A stretch of 64,000 bases of DNA from Acidimicrobiia bacterium (lineage in GTDB: Bacteria > Actinomycetota > Acidimicrobiia > Spongiisociales > ZC4RG35). Shown here one piece after another: positions 23,060 through 32,003 of the stretch; within the stretch, counting starts at the first letter, position 1; each line of letters opens with the position of its first letter. Under the pieces are notes generated by a model. It did not search any database, was not told where the DNA came from, and saw only the letters and a program-made list of their open reading frames with translations. The stretch spans positions 96,001 to 160,000 of the forward strand of contig OZ244034.1 of NCBI GenBank assembly GCA_965215185.1, given 5' to 3'. Both the position numbers and the translations under genes were made by a program.

Positions 23060-23920
23060 ATGTTTGATTTGGCGGGCCGGACGGCGGTGATTACCGGAGC
23101 GGCTTCAGGGATCGGCCGGGCTATGGCGCGGCGCTTCTCTAGGGAGGGAATGACAGTGGTGGCCGCCGATGTCGACACCGTCGCATTGGACAAGTTGGTA
23201 GCCGATTCGGGGTTTGGTTCTCCTGTCCGGGCGGTCCCCACCGACGTGTCTGATCCGTCCTCGGTGGATGCGCTTGCGGACCTTGTCTACCGGGAATTTG
23301 GTGAGGTGGGCATTCTGTGCAACAACGCGGGGGTTGGGCCGATGGGGACCGTTTGGGAAGTGGGGGTCGCAGAATGGGAATGGGTGCTGGGGGTCAATCT
23401 GTGGGGGGTGATCAACGGCATCCGCTCTTTTGTCCCCCGAATGCTGGAAAGCGGCAGGGAGGGCCATGTGGTGAACACGGCGTCTATGGCGGGGCTGATC
23501 GCCGGGCGGGAGATGACTCCCTGGCGGCTGGGCGCCTATGCCGCCTCCAAGCACGCGGTTGTGGCCATCAGCCACACCCTCTATGCGGAACTGCGCACTG
23601 CCGGGGCGCCCATCGGAGTCTCGCTTCTGTGCCCGGCGGCGGTGAACACCCGTATCTGGGACACCGAGCGACTTCGGCCCTTTTCCTCCGGCGCTGAATC
23701 CACGGATCCCTCTTCACCGCAAGATGAACGGCTCCGAGAGCAACTACGGTCCGGGGTGGAAATCGGGTCCGCTCCCGAGGAAGTGGCTGAGCTAGTCCTG
23801 GAAGCTGTACGTCAAGATCGCTTCTACGTCTTCACCTCCCCCGGATCTGCGAACCAGGTCAGACATCACTATGACGACCTGGTCAATCTGCGTAATCCCC
23901 CGGTCCCGGCCCTGGATTAG
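23060..23920 (+). CDS. Short-chain dehydrogenase/reductase
   Basis: TGAASGIG, NNAG, NTAS, YAASK. Confidence 0.92.
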   Translation: MFDLAGRTAVITGAASGIGRAMARRFSREGMTVVAADVDTVALDKLVADSGFGSPVRAVPTDVSDPSSVDALADLVYREFGEVGILCNNAGVGPMGTVWEVGVAEWEWVLGVNLWGVINGIRSFVPRMLESGREGHVVNTASMAGLIAGREMTPWRLGAYAASKHAVVAISHTLYAELRTAGAPIGVSLLCPAAVNTRIWDTERLRPFSSGAESTDPSSPQDERLREQLRSGVEIGSAPEEVAELVLEAVRQDRFYVFTSPGSANQVRHHYDDLVNLRNPPVPALD

Positions 23921-23931
23921 CTGTGCATAGA

Positions 23932-23963
23932 GAAGAGGGACCGGGAAATCCCGGCCCCTCTTC
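23932..23963. terminator. Hairpin terminator between convergent SDR and SBP
   Basis: GAAGAGGGACCGGGA-AA-TCCCGGCCCCTCTTC, 15-bp stem with one mismatch (G.U on minus strand). Confidence 0.7.
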
Positions 23964-23983
23964 GTCAAGCGAATTGAGTGAAC

Positions 23984-26023
23984 CTAGCTGGTGTAGCGCA
24001 GGTACTCGTAGCGGGTCATGTAGGGGTTGAAGGGCGCGGGAAGGCCGATCCAGTCGAGGTTGGAGGCGAAAGCCAGCACCGAGTCCACGTAGCCGATCGG
24101 GATGCCAAGCATCCGGTCGTATATGTAGTCGAACACCTCACCTGAGGCCGCGTCGACATCATCGGGGAAGACCTGTGCGACACAAGTGTCTACCAGGTCG
24201 TTTAGTTCCTCCGATTCACCGGTGTAGCTAGCCCAGTCGCCGGTGCGCGTGTAGTAGCCCAACAGGGTGCAGGGGCTATCCAAGAAGGGAGAAGCGTACA
24301 CGAACGCCGCGTATGCCCCTTCTTCACCCGACAGTCCCTGATAGGTCCGGAAGTCGGTCTTGGAGGTCTCCAGCTGGACACCCAACGCCGCTTGCCATTG
24401 CTGGGCGACCGCCTGCATCACCTCGTCGGTGTAGGTGGTGTTGGGGTTCTCGGCAAAATCGACGGGGATCACCATCTGGGAAGGATCGGGGTAACCGGCC
24501 TCGGCCAATAGTGCCTTGGCGGCTTCCGGATCGTAGGAGTCGACTTCGCAGCCATCGTTGTACCCGGGGCTAACCGGCCAGAAGGTCTGTACGCAGGCAC
24601 CCTCGGTGGTTCCCCGTCCTCCGAAGATGAAGTCGATGATCTCCTGCCGGTCGATGGCCAGCGACAAAGCTTTCCGAACCTTGATGTTGCTCTCATCATT
24701 GTCTGTGGCCCACGGCGGCGTGTTCTCGGGGTCGTACTTGGGTTCCAAGTACTGACCGGGTAGATAAACGGCCGGTAGCCGCGTTCCCGACAGGGACACC
24801 ACCTTCAGGTTGGGATCGGCTTCCAAGCGGGGGATGTCGTCGAAGTTCGTCGAGGACATCTGAGCGTCGCCGGCATCAATCATGGCCGTACGGGTGGCCT
24901 CTTCCGTCACCACGCGGAACTCAATAATCTCGATCCCGGGAGTGACCCGCCAGTGGTTGTCAACCGCCTCGTAGGCAACCGACACGTCCAGTTCGTGACT
25001 GTGGAACTCAAAGGGCCCGGTGCCGATCGGGCGGAAGCTGGCTTCGTCCCGTCCCACTGTCTCCACATATTTCTTGGAGACGATGGGCAAGACCGAGATC
25101 ACCTCGTTCAGAATGTTAGGTATCTGCACGTCGGACTCTGACAAGTTGAGGATCACCGTATAGTCATCGGGAGTCTCGATACTCTCGATCCGGGAAAAGT
25201 TCGGCCTGTTGGGGTTCTCGCTGTCATCCAGCACGGACAGTTCAAAGCTGAACTTCACATCTGCGGAGGTCATCTCGCCCCAACCGTCATGGAACTGGAT
25301 TCCCTTGCGCAGATTGAACGTGAACTGGGTGAAGTCGTCGTTGTTAGACCAAGTCTCTGCCAGTTGACCGGTCCCCTGGGCCACCAGGCCGGTCTGGTAA
25401 TCGCGACAGAGCAGGTACTCGTACATAGGCATCGCGGTGGCCCCACTTTGGTAAGAAGCGGTTGGGCCAAGAAAGTTCTGGTCACCGAGGGTGCTGATGG
25501 CGTAGATAACCGTGCCTCTGGCGGTCTGGTCTGCCACGGACGGCGGAATGCAAGGATGGCCTTTCTGGGCAAGATTGGTCTTGCTGGCCGCTTCAGCGGC
25601 TGCCATCGCTTCCTCGGCTTCCATGGCGGCCACTTCGGCTGCCATTTCGGCTTCTTCCAACGCCATAGCTGCCTCGTCGGCTGCCATTTCGGCTTCCGCC
25701 AGTGCCGCTTGGGCTGCCTCGTCACCTTCCTCTGCGGCTTGTCTGGTGGCTTCCAACTCAGCTTGGGCTTCCGCCAGCGCCGCTTGGGCATCGGCTGCTG
25801 CGGTTGCTGCGGCTGCTTCCGCTTCTGCGGCCGCGGCCTGTGCTACGGCTGCTTCCGCTTCGGCCGCGGCTTGCGCCGCTTCTGCGTCTGCTTGGGCTGC
25901 CTCGGCTTGGGCTGCGTTGGCCGCAGCCGCATCTGCTGCTGAGGTGTCCTCGCCTCCGCAAGCCGAAGCAAACAGGGCTAAGGCGGTCAGCACTGCCAGA
26001 ATCGTCAGCCTGTTTTTCTTCAT
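23984..26023 (-). CDS. ABC solute-binding lipoprotein, family 5, with Ala/Glu stalk (copy A)
   Basis: Start MKKNRL at 26023 by homology to 28776; lipobox ASAC; LRKGIQFHDG, DVKFS, PIGTGPF, VRKALSLAIDR. Confidence 0.9.
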   Translation of the reverse strand: MKKNRLTILAVLTALALFASACGGEDTSAADAAAANAAQAEAAQADAEAAQAAAEAEAAVAQAAAAEAEAAAATAAADAQAALAEAQAELEATRQAAEEGDEAAQAALAEAEMAADEAAMALEEAEMAAEVAAMEAEEAMAAAEAASKTNLAQKGHPCIPPSVADQTARGTVIYAISTLGDQNFLGPTASYQSGATAMPMYEYLLCRDYQTGLVAQGTGQLAETWSNNDDFTQFTFNLRKGIQFHDGWGEMTSADVKFSFELSVLDDSENPNRPNFSRIESIETPDDYTVILNLSESDVQIPNILNEVISVLPIVSKKYVETVGRDEASFRPIGTGPFEFHSHELDVSVAYEAVDNHWRVTPGIEIIEFRVVTEEATRTAMIDAGDAQMSSTNFDDIPRLEADPNLKVVSLSGTRLPAVYLPGQYLEPKYDPENTPPWATDNDESNIKVRKALSLAIDRQEIIDFIFGGRGTTEGACVQTFWPVSPGYNDGCEVDSYDPEAAKALLAEAGYPDPSQMVIPVDFAENPNTTYTDEVMQAVAQQWQAALGVQLETSKTDFRTYQGLSGEEGAYAAFVYASPFLDSPCTLLGYYTRTGDWASYTGESEELNDLVDTCVAQVFPDDVDAASGEVFDYIYDRMLGIPIGYVDSVLAFASNLDWIGLPAPFNPYMTRYEYLRYTS

Positions 26024-26026
26024 AGG
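25499..26026. repeat. 528-bp near-identical direct repeat, copy 1 (copy 2 at 28252-28779)
   Basis: Offset 2753 bp; only 2 mismatches seen, both synonymous and in the signal-peptide region. Confidence 0.92.
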
Positions 26027-26155
26027 CTCCTCCATGACTGTTACTAGCAACGCGGCTGATGAAGTTGCTAGGTCTTGCTGACCAAGACACTGACCGAACC
26101 AGACCGGGCACCCCTTAACGAGGCCTCTTTTCTTTGTACAACCAGTTTAAGGCGC

Positions 26156-26676
26156 ATGTTGAACCTACGAAACGGACAGCGGCGATCACGGGAGCGGCTT
26201 CGGGAGCCGGTCTGGCCATGGCGCGCCGCTTCTCACGGGAAGGGATGACGGCGGGGGCTGCGATGTCGCTGCCTCCGCCCTGGAGAAGCTGGTGGCCGAT
26301 CCCGGGTTTTGTTCTCCTGTCCGGGCGGTTCCCACCGACGTGTCTGATCCGTCGTCAGTGGAGGCGGTGGCAGACCTCTTTTTCGGAAATTCGGCGAGGT
26401 GGGGGTGCTGTGCGACAACGCCGGGGTTGGCCCGATGGGGACCATCAGGAAGGTGGATGTCGCAGAGTGGGAGTGGGTACTGGGGGTCAACTGGTGGGGG
26501 GTGACCAACGGAATCCGTTTTTTCATACCCCGGATGCCGGCCAGATGCTGGTTCTGGAGGCGGTGCGGGAGAACCGATTCTATGTGAGGCTTCGCCCAGG
26601 ATCGCCCGGCCAGGTCGGCCATCAATATGAGGACCTCGTCAACCGGGGGAACCCTCCGGTGTCCGGTTTGGATTGG
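26156..26676 (+). pseudogene. Degraded paralog of SDR 23060-23920
   Basis: Homologous pieces in different frames (ITGAASGAG..RFSREGM; SPVRAVPTDVSDPSSV; DNAGVGPMG..EWEWVLGVN; LVLEAVRENRFYV..NPPV); several frameshifts and a ~340-bp deletion removing the S/YxxxK catalytic region. Confidence 0.9.
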
Positions 26677-26687
26677 CTCAGCATAGA

Positions 26688-26720
26688 GAAGAGGGACCGG
26701 GAAGGTCCCGGTCCCTCTTC
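26688..26720. terminator. Hairpin terminator, duplicate of 23932-23963
   Basis: GAAGAGGGACCGGGA-AGG-TCCCGGTCCCTCTTC, perfect 15-bp stem. Confidence 0.72.
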
Positions 26721-26739
26721 GTTAGAGCTTTGAGTGAAC

Positions 26740-28776
26740 TTAGCTGGTGTAGCGAAGGTACTCGTAGCGGGTCATGTAGGGGTTCCAGGGCGCAGGTAGG
26801 CCTACCCAGTCGAGGTTGGAGGCGAACGCCAGCACCGAGTCGACATAACCGATCGGGATGCCGAGCGTCCGCTCATAGATGTAGTTGAACACATCCGCAT
26901 GCGCGTTGGCTACATCATCGGGGAAGAACTGTGCTACGCAGGTGTCCATCAACTCGTTGAGTTCCTCGGATTCTCCTGTATAGCTGAAGAAGTTACCGGT
27001 AGCGGTGTAGTAATTCAGCAGAGTGCAGGGAGCGGGGAAGAAGGGAGCGGAATACACGAACGCCGCGTATGCCCCTTCATTGCCCGACAACGCCTGATAG
27101 GTCCGGTAGTCGGTCTTTGACGTCTCGACCTGGATACCGATGGCCTGCCACTGCTGGGCGACTGCCAGCATCACCTCGTCGGTGTAGGTGATCTGGGGGT
27201 GTTCCGCAAGATCAATGGGGACCACCAGATCCGAAGGATCGGCATAGCCGGCTTCGGCCAAGAGCGCCTTGGCGCCTTCCGGATCGTAGGCATCGACTAC
27301 GCAGTCCGGGTCGTATCCGGGAGCGACCGGCCAGAAAGACTGCACGCAGGCACCTTCTGTGGTTCCTCTGCCTCCGAAGATGAAGTCGATGATCTCCTGG
27401 CGGTCGATCGCCAACGACAGGGCTTTACGGACCTTGATGTTGTGTTCTTCGTCATCGGTAGCCCACGGTGGGGTGTTCTCCGGGTCGTACTGGGGTTCCA
27501 CATACTCACCGGGCAGATACACCGCTGGGAAACGCGTTCCCGACAGGGATACCACCTTCAGGTTGGGATCGGCTTCCAGACGAGGTATGTCGTCGAAGGT
27601 CGTGGGGGACATTTGGGCGTTGCCGGCATCGATCATGGCTTGCCGGGTGCTCTCTTCCGTCACCACGCGGAAGTCGAAGATCTCGATCCCGGGAGTGACC
27701 CGCCAGTGGTTGTCGACGGCCTCGAATGCGACAGAGACGTCCAGTTCGTGACTGTGGAACTCGAAGGGCCCGGTGCCGATCGGGCGGAAGCTGGCTTCCG
27801 TCTGTCCCACTGTTTCCACATACGTTTTGGAGACGATGGGCATGGCCGGGATTACCTCGTTCAACAGGCTGGGGATCGCAACATTGGGTTTTACCAAGTT
27901 AAGGATCACCGTGTAGTCGTCGGGAGTCTCAATGCTCTCGATGTTCAGCCAATCCGGCTTGTTGGGGTTGTTGCTGTCATCCTGTATGGAGATTTCGAAG
28001 CTGAACTTCACGTCGGCGGAGGTCATCTCGCCCCAACCGTCATGGAACTGCACGCCCTTGCGCAGATTGAAGGTGTACTGGCTGAAGTCGTTGTTATGAG
28101 ACCACGACTCGGCCAACTGCCCGGTGCCTTGGGCAACGTCGCCGGTCTGGTAGTCACGACACAACAAATACTCGTACATCGGCATCACGGTCGCCTGGCT
28201 CTGGAAGGGAGCGGTTGGGCCGAGCCAGTTCTGGTTGCCGATGCTGCCGAAGGCGTAGATAACCGTGCCTCTGGCGGTCTGGTCTGCCACGGACGGCGGA
28301 ATGCAAGGATGGCCTTTCTGGGCAAGATTGGTCTTGCTGGCCGCTTCAGCGGCTGCCATCGCTTCCTCGGCTTCCATGGCGGCCACTTCGGCTGCCATTT
28401 CGGCTTCTTCCAACGCCATAGCTGCCTCGTCGGCTGCCATTTCGGCTTCCGCCAGTGCCGCTTGGGCTGCCTCGTCACCTTCCTCTGCGGCTTGTCTGGT
28501 GGCTTCCAACTCAGCTTGGGCTTCCGCCAGCGCCGCTTGGGCATCGGCTGCTGCGGTTGCTGCGGCTGCTTCCGCTTCTGCGGCCGCGGCCTGTGCTACG
28601 GCTGCTTCCGCTTCGGCCGCGGCTTGCGCCGCTTCTGCGTCTGCTTGGGCTGCCTCGGCTTGGGCTGCGTTGGCCGCAGCCGCATCTGCTGCTGAGGTGT
28701 CCTCGCCTCCGCAAGCCGAAGCAAACAGGGCCAAGGCGGTCAGCACTGCCAGAATCGTCAGTCTGTTTTTCTTCAT
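26740..28776 (-). CDS. ABC solute-binding lipoprotein, family 5, with Ala/Glu stalk (copy B)
   Basis: Paralog of 23984-26023 with identical first ~175 aa and the same C-terminus YMTRYEYLRYTS. Confidence 0.9.
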   Translation of the reverse strand: MKKNRLTILAVLTALALFASACGGEDTSAADAAAANAAQAEAAQADAEAAQAAAEAEAAVAQAAAAEAEAAAATAAADAQAALAEAQAELEATRQAAEEGDEAAQAALAEAEMAADEAAMALEEAEMAAEVAAMEAEEAMAAAEAASKTNLAQKGHPCIPPSVADQTARGTVIYAFGSIGNQNWLGPTAPFQSQATVMPMYEYLLCRDYQTGDVAQGTGQLAESWSHNNDFSQYTFNLRKGVQFHDGWGEMTSADVKFSFEISIQDDSNNPNKPDWLNIESIETPDDYTVILNLVKPNVAIPSLLNEVIPAMPIVSKTYVETVGQTEASFRPIGTGPFEFHSHELDVSVAFEAVDNHWRVTPGIEIFDFRVVTEESTRQAMIDAGNAQMSPTTFDDIPRLEADPNLKVVSLSGTRFPAVYLPGEYVEPQYDPENTPPWATDDEEHNIKVRKALSLAIDRQEIIDFIFGGRGTTEGACVQSFWPVAPGYDPDCVVDAYDPEGAKALLAEAGYADPSDLVVPIDLAEHPQITYTDEVMLAVAQQWQAIGIQVETSKTDYRTYQALSGNEGAYAAFVYSAPFFPAPCTLLNYYTATGNFFSYTGESEELNELMDTCVAQFFPDDVANAHADVFNYIYERTLGIPIGYVDSVLAFASNLDWVGLPAPWNPYMTRYEYLRYTS

Positions 28777-28779
28777 AGG
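28252..28779. repeat. 528-bp near-identical direct repeat, copy 2
   Basis: See 25499-26026. Confidence 0.92.
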
Positions 28780-28896
28780 TTTCCCTTTCTGCGGGTAATC
28801 AACTAAAGGTCGAGGAAGTTCTCAAGTGGGACTTTTCAATGCCTGTTATATGGTAAACGGTGTTTTCTATTGCACCACCGGTCAAGAGTCAACGGT

Positions 28897-29394
28897 TTAA
28901 CCAACCGCATGGCCTTTCCCCATGGTGGAGAGATCATCCCCCACCAGGCCCAGCTGTTCCAACCAGCGCATGGAATCGAATCCCACCCAGTGTTCGACGA
29001 TCTTTCCGTTCTCCACCCGTTGCACCATAACGGCCTGCACTTTGACCTTCTTGCCGGTGGGGGCAGCCCCCATCACCTCCCGGCTGTGGGTGGCCTCCCA
29101 GGTCCAAACCATGGTGGCCTTGTCTCCTTCGGCGGTGAGCACATCGATGGTGGTCAGACCGTCCGAGAAGTTTGCTCCTACCGACACGAATCGATCGTAC
29201 CAGGGTCGTGATCCCTGGGTAAGTCCGGGGACGCCATGCAGGATGATGTCGGGATGTACCAGTTCTTCGAAGAGTTCCCACAAGCGGTCCTTCCAACTCT
29301 CATCGCAAGGATCGGGGAGAGGAAAGTCCTTTTCACAGTCGAGGGTGAAACGCTTGACGATTCGGCGGGTTTCTTCTGTCTGCGGGTCTGACAT
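28897..29394 (-). CDS. SnoaL-like/ester cyclase (NTF2-fold) protein
   Basis: AEGDK, WEATH..MGAAPTGKKV, ENGKIVEHW..D..WLEQLG; ATG 29394 chosen. Confidence 0.85.
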   Translation of the reverse strand: MSDPQTEETRRIVKRFTLDCEKDFPLPDPCDESWKDRLWELFEELVHPDIILHGVPGLTQGSRPWYDRFVSVGANFSDGLTTIDVLTAEGDKATMVWTWEATHSREVMGAAPTGKKVKVQAVMVQRVENGKIVEHWVGFDSMRWLEQLGLVGDDLSTMGKGHAVG

Positions 29395-29408
29395 AGCTCG
29401 CTTTCTGT

Positions 29409-29879
29409 TCAGTTGACGGATAGGTCGCAAGAGATGACGCCCAGTTGCTGAAGCCAGCCGAGCTGGTCGATAACGGCCCAGTGTTCGACGATTTGGCCGT
29501 TGTGCACTCTCTCGATGGTCATTCCATGCACTGCCAGCTTGATACCCGTGGGCGGGATCCCCATGAGCGGCGCCGAGTGGGTGGCTTCCCAGGTCCAGTC
29601 GATTGCCGCCTTGTCATCTTCCACCACCATGACGTTGACGGTGGTGGCGGAATCGGGAAAAGCGATCCCGAGTTTTTCGTAGAAGTCGTACCAGATGTCC
29701 CTTCCCTGTTGCACGCCGGGCACACCGTGAAGGACTATGTCGGGGTGTACCAACTCTTCGAACAAGCCCCGCAGGTTGGTCTTGAAAACCTCCAGGTTGG
29801 AGTCGGTTAGGGGAAAGTCCCGTTCACCTTCGAGGACGAATCGCTCGACGATCGCTCGGGTCTCCTCTGTTCGGGACAT
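29409..29879 (-). CDS. SnoaL-like/ester cyclase protein
   Basis: AFPD, ATH..LMGIPPTG, GQIVEHW..DQLGWLQQLG; AAGGAG RBS. Confidence 0.88.
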   Translation of the reverse strand: MSRTEETRAIVERFVLEGERDFPLTDSNLEVFKTNLRGLFEELVHPDIVLHGVPGVQQGRDIWYDFYEKLGIAFPDSATTVNVMVVEDDKAAIDWTWEATHSAPLMGIPPTGIKLAVHGMTIERVHNGQIVEHWAVIDQLGWLQQLGVISCDLSVN

Positions 29880-29903
29880 GGTGCTCCTTTGGTTTTAGCT
29901 TTT

Positions 29904-31055
29904 CTAGGCGAAGGTAAGCAGGCGACGGGGGTTTTCGATCAAGATCTGGTCGATCAGCTTCTGGGAGAATCCTTTGTAGCGCATCAGTTGCTGAACGGTT
30001 TCGGGTATGTGCTGCCAGCCGAACCCCCCGTAGCGGCGGTACCAGTGCTGGAGAGCCAGATCATGGGAGATAAGCAGTTGCTCTTCGTAACCGGCTTCGG
30101 CCAGCGTCATCAGGTAGTTGAGTCGCACCGCGTCGTTGGGATCATCGATCGGTCCACGTTGGCGGTGGGAAGCCTCGCGTCCGAACCCGTCGAATAGGAG
30201 GCCCGCCCCGGTGGCGGCCAACTCCAGGAAAGGCGCCGGATCAAAGGAGTGGGGGGCCGGTCGGGAGGGAAGGCGGTGTTCGACATGGGAGAACGCGATC
30301 CTGGATAGGTCTCCTCCTTCTTCCTCTACGATGCGGATCGCGTCCCATACGGAGTCGGGGCTGTATCCGGGGTGGATGGAAATAGGAGCTCCTGTCTCTT
30401 TTTGGGACCGTATGGAAGCGCGCAGGGACTTTTCCTCGTTGGGACTGAGCGGCCACGACAGTCCCACCTCTCCGATGATCCCGGCTTTGATGCCCCCCGC
30501 CACGCCTTGGACTATGTCACCGGTTATCAATTCCTGCAGCCGGGAGATGCTCAACTCCGACATGTTGGAGGGATGGTGATGTTGGGAGTAGAAGCCGGTT
30601 CCCATGACTATGTGCACTCCGGTTGCCCGGGCGATCTGGGCCAGGCCCCTGGGGTCGCGGGCCAGTCCGCGGGGGGTCTGGTCGACGAGACATGATCCGC
30701 CGTGGCGTTTGAAGAGGTTGGCCTCGTAAATGGCGTCGTCGATGTCGGTGAGCCGGTAGTTGCCGTAGAAGAACCAGTAGCGTTCGATGTCAGCGCGGGT
30801 ATCCAGCGTGACGGGCTTTCCCCACCTGGTGGTGAATGAGGCGGCCACTCCCGGCCCGTGCTGTCCCGGTTCCAATCCCGCCTCGGGCTGCGCAGAGGCT
30901 CTTTCCACCGATTCGGTTGAGCCCAGCAGGGCCGCGGCCGAGGACTGTCCGGCGGTCATGTCGATCAGCACATGCTCGTGGGGGAGGGTGATGCCCAGAG
31001 TGTCGGGGGGGATGGTCCCCAGCACAGTCTGGATCTTGCCGCGGTGGGTAGTCAT
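29904..31055 (-). CDS. Phosphotriesterase-related (PTER/PHP-type) amidohydrolase, copy 1
   Basis: IQTVLG, TLPHEH, GLARDP, GIIGEVG, IHPG, SH, SHD, YGGFG, ENPRRLLTF; 383 aa. Confidence 0.9.
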   Translation of the reverse strand: MTTHRGKIQTVLGTIPPDTLGITLPHEHVLIDMTAGQSSAAALLGSTESVERASAQPEAGLEPGQHGPGVAASFTTRWGKPVTLDTRADIERYWFFYGNYRLTDIDDAIYEANLFKRHGGSCLVDQTPRGLARDPRGLAQIARATGVHIVMGTGFYSQHHHPSNMSELSISRLQELITGDIVQGVAGGIKAGIIGEVGLSWPLSPNEEKSLRASIRSQKETGAPISIHPGYSPDSVWDAIRIVEEEGGDLSRIAFSHVEHRLPSRPAPHSFDPAPFLELAATGAGLLFDGFGREASHRQRGPIDDPNDAVRLNYLMTLAEAGYEEQLLISHDLALQHWYRRYGGFGWQHIPETVQQLMRYKGFSQKLIDQILIENPRRLLTFA

Positions 31056-31063
31056 GGCCGTTC

Positions 31064-31069
31064 ATTGTA
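31064..31069 (-). promoter_or_regulatory. -10 box TACAAT, near-leaderless promoter of PTE copy 1
   Basis: TACAAT-N8-ATG with no SD; same arrangement at copy 2. Confidence 0.45.
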
Positions 31070-31241
31070 GGGAGCGATAGAAGGGGAGGGGAGCGGAGCG
31101 GAGCGATGGGTCCCTCGATGACAGGAGCGAGGCCCCGTTTTGAGACAAAAGGCATCGTTCCTCGTCTAATCCCACAAGGATTAGTGTTTCCGGAGGCCCG
31201 GGGGAGGGCCTGGCTCACGTCCCAGGGAGGTGACGGGAGAT

Positions 31242-32003
31242 CTATTCCCCGACCAGATCCCTACGCCTCAATAGCAACCCGGTGACGGCGACCGAGACGA
31301 TCGCCAGTACGGCGGCCTTGGCGACCGCCCCCCCGACGCCGACTTCCACCCGGCCCAGCACCTCGTTGACTGTGTCGAGATTGTCGGGTGTCGTCGCTGC
31401 CAGGTCCGCCCAGGCCGAAACGACGATACGGTAGATCGACGAGGCTTGGATCCCCTCGATCACGCTGCCGAGGGTCAACTCCCAGATCAGCAGGTAGCCG
31501 AGGCCCACCATGGCGGCGCGGCCGAGGACGAGGCCCAGGGGAACGAACAGGGCAGCCGATGCCACGCTCTGAACCGCCGCGGCCACCGTCGTGGAAACCC
31601 CGATCGACCAGTCCCCGGTCACGGCGCCAGCCACCACCCAGGATGCCAGCACGCCGGCTTCCAGAATCACGAAGGATGCCAGGACCGCGGCCGTGACGAC
31701 TCCCAGAGCGATCACCCATCGGGACACCGGTTTCAGCAGCAGGAACGGAAGGGTGTGAGACTTTCGCTCCTCGCCCAACGCCGCGGTCGATACGACGAGG
31801 GCGGCAACCGGGAACAGGATTGACAGCCCGAGGCCGACGGTGATGTCGTTGTAGAGGGTGGCCATCCGGTCGCCCGAGCGCCCCGGGGCCAGCACCAGGA
31901 GTATTGGAGCGAGGGAACCGGTCAGCACGAAGAGCCCGATCGACCGACGCAGGCCGAGCAGCCGGCCCATGACCGAGCGCGTGATCAGCAAGAAAGCGCT
32001 CAC
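31242..32003 (-). CDS. ABC-2 type permease
   Basis: LGEERKSHTLPFLLLKPVSR, six TM, YLLIWE, C-terminal RRRD. Confidence 0.85.
   Translation of the reverse strand: MSAFLLITRSVMGRLLGLRRSIGLFVLTGSLAPILLVLAPGRSGDRMATLYNDITVGLGLSILFPVAALVVSTAALGEERKSHTLPFLLLKPVSRWVIALGVVTAAVLASFVILEAGVLASWVVAGAVTGDWSIGVSTTVAAAVQSVASAALFVPLGLVLGRAAMVGLGYLLIWELTLGSVIEGIQASSIYRIVVSAWADLAATTPDNLDTVNEVLGRVEVGVGGAVAKAAVLAIVSVAVTGLLLRRRDLVGE

Noticed and set aside
22400-28700. CRISPR or tandem DNA repeat array in GCTTCGGC/GCTGCC-rich tracts
   Set aside because: These are Ala/Glu codon repeats inside the SBP stalks; no repeat-spacer periodicity and no cas genes
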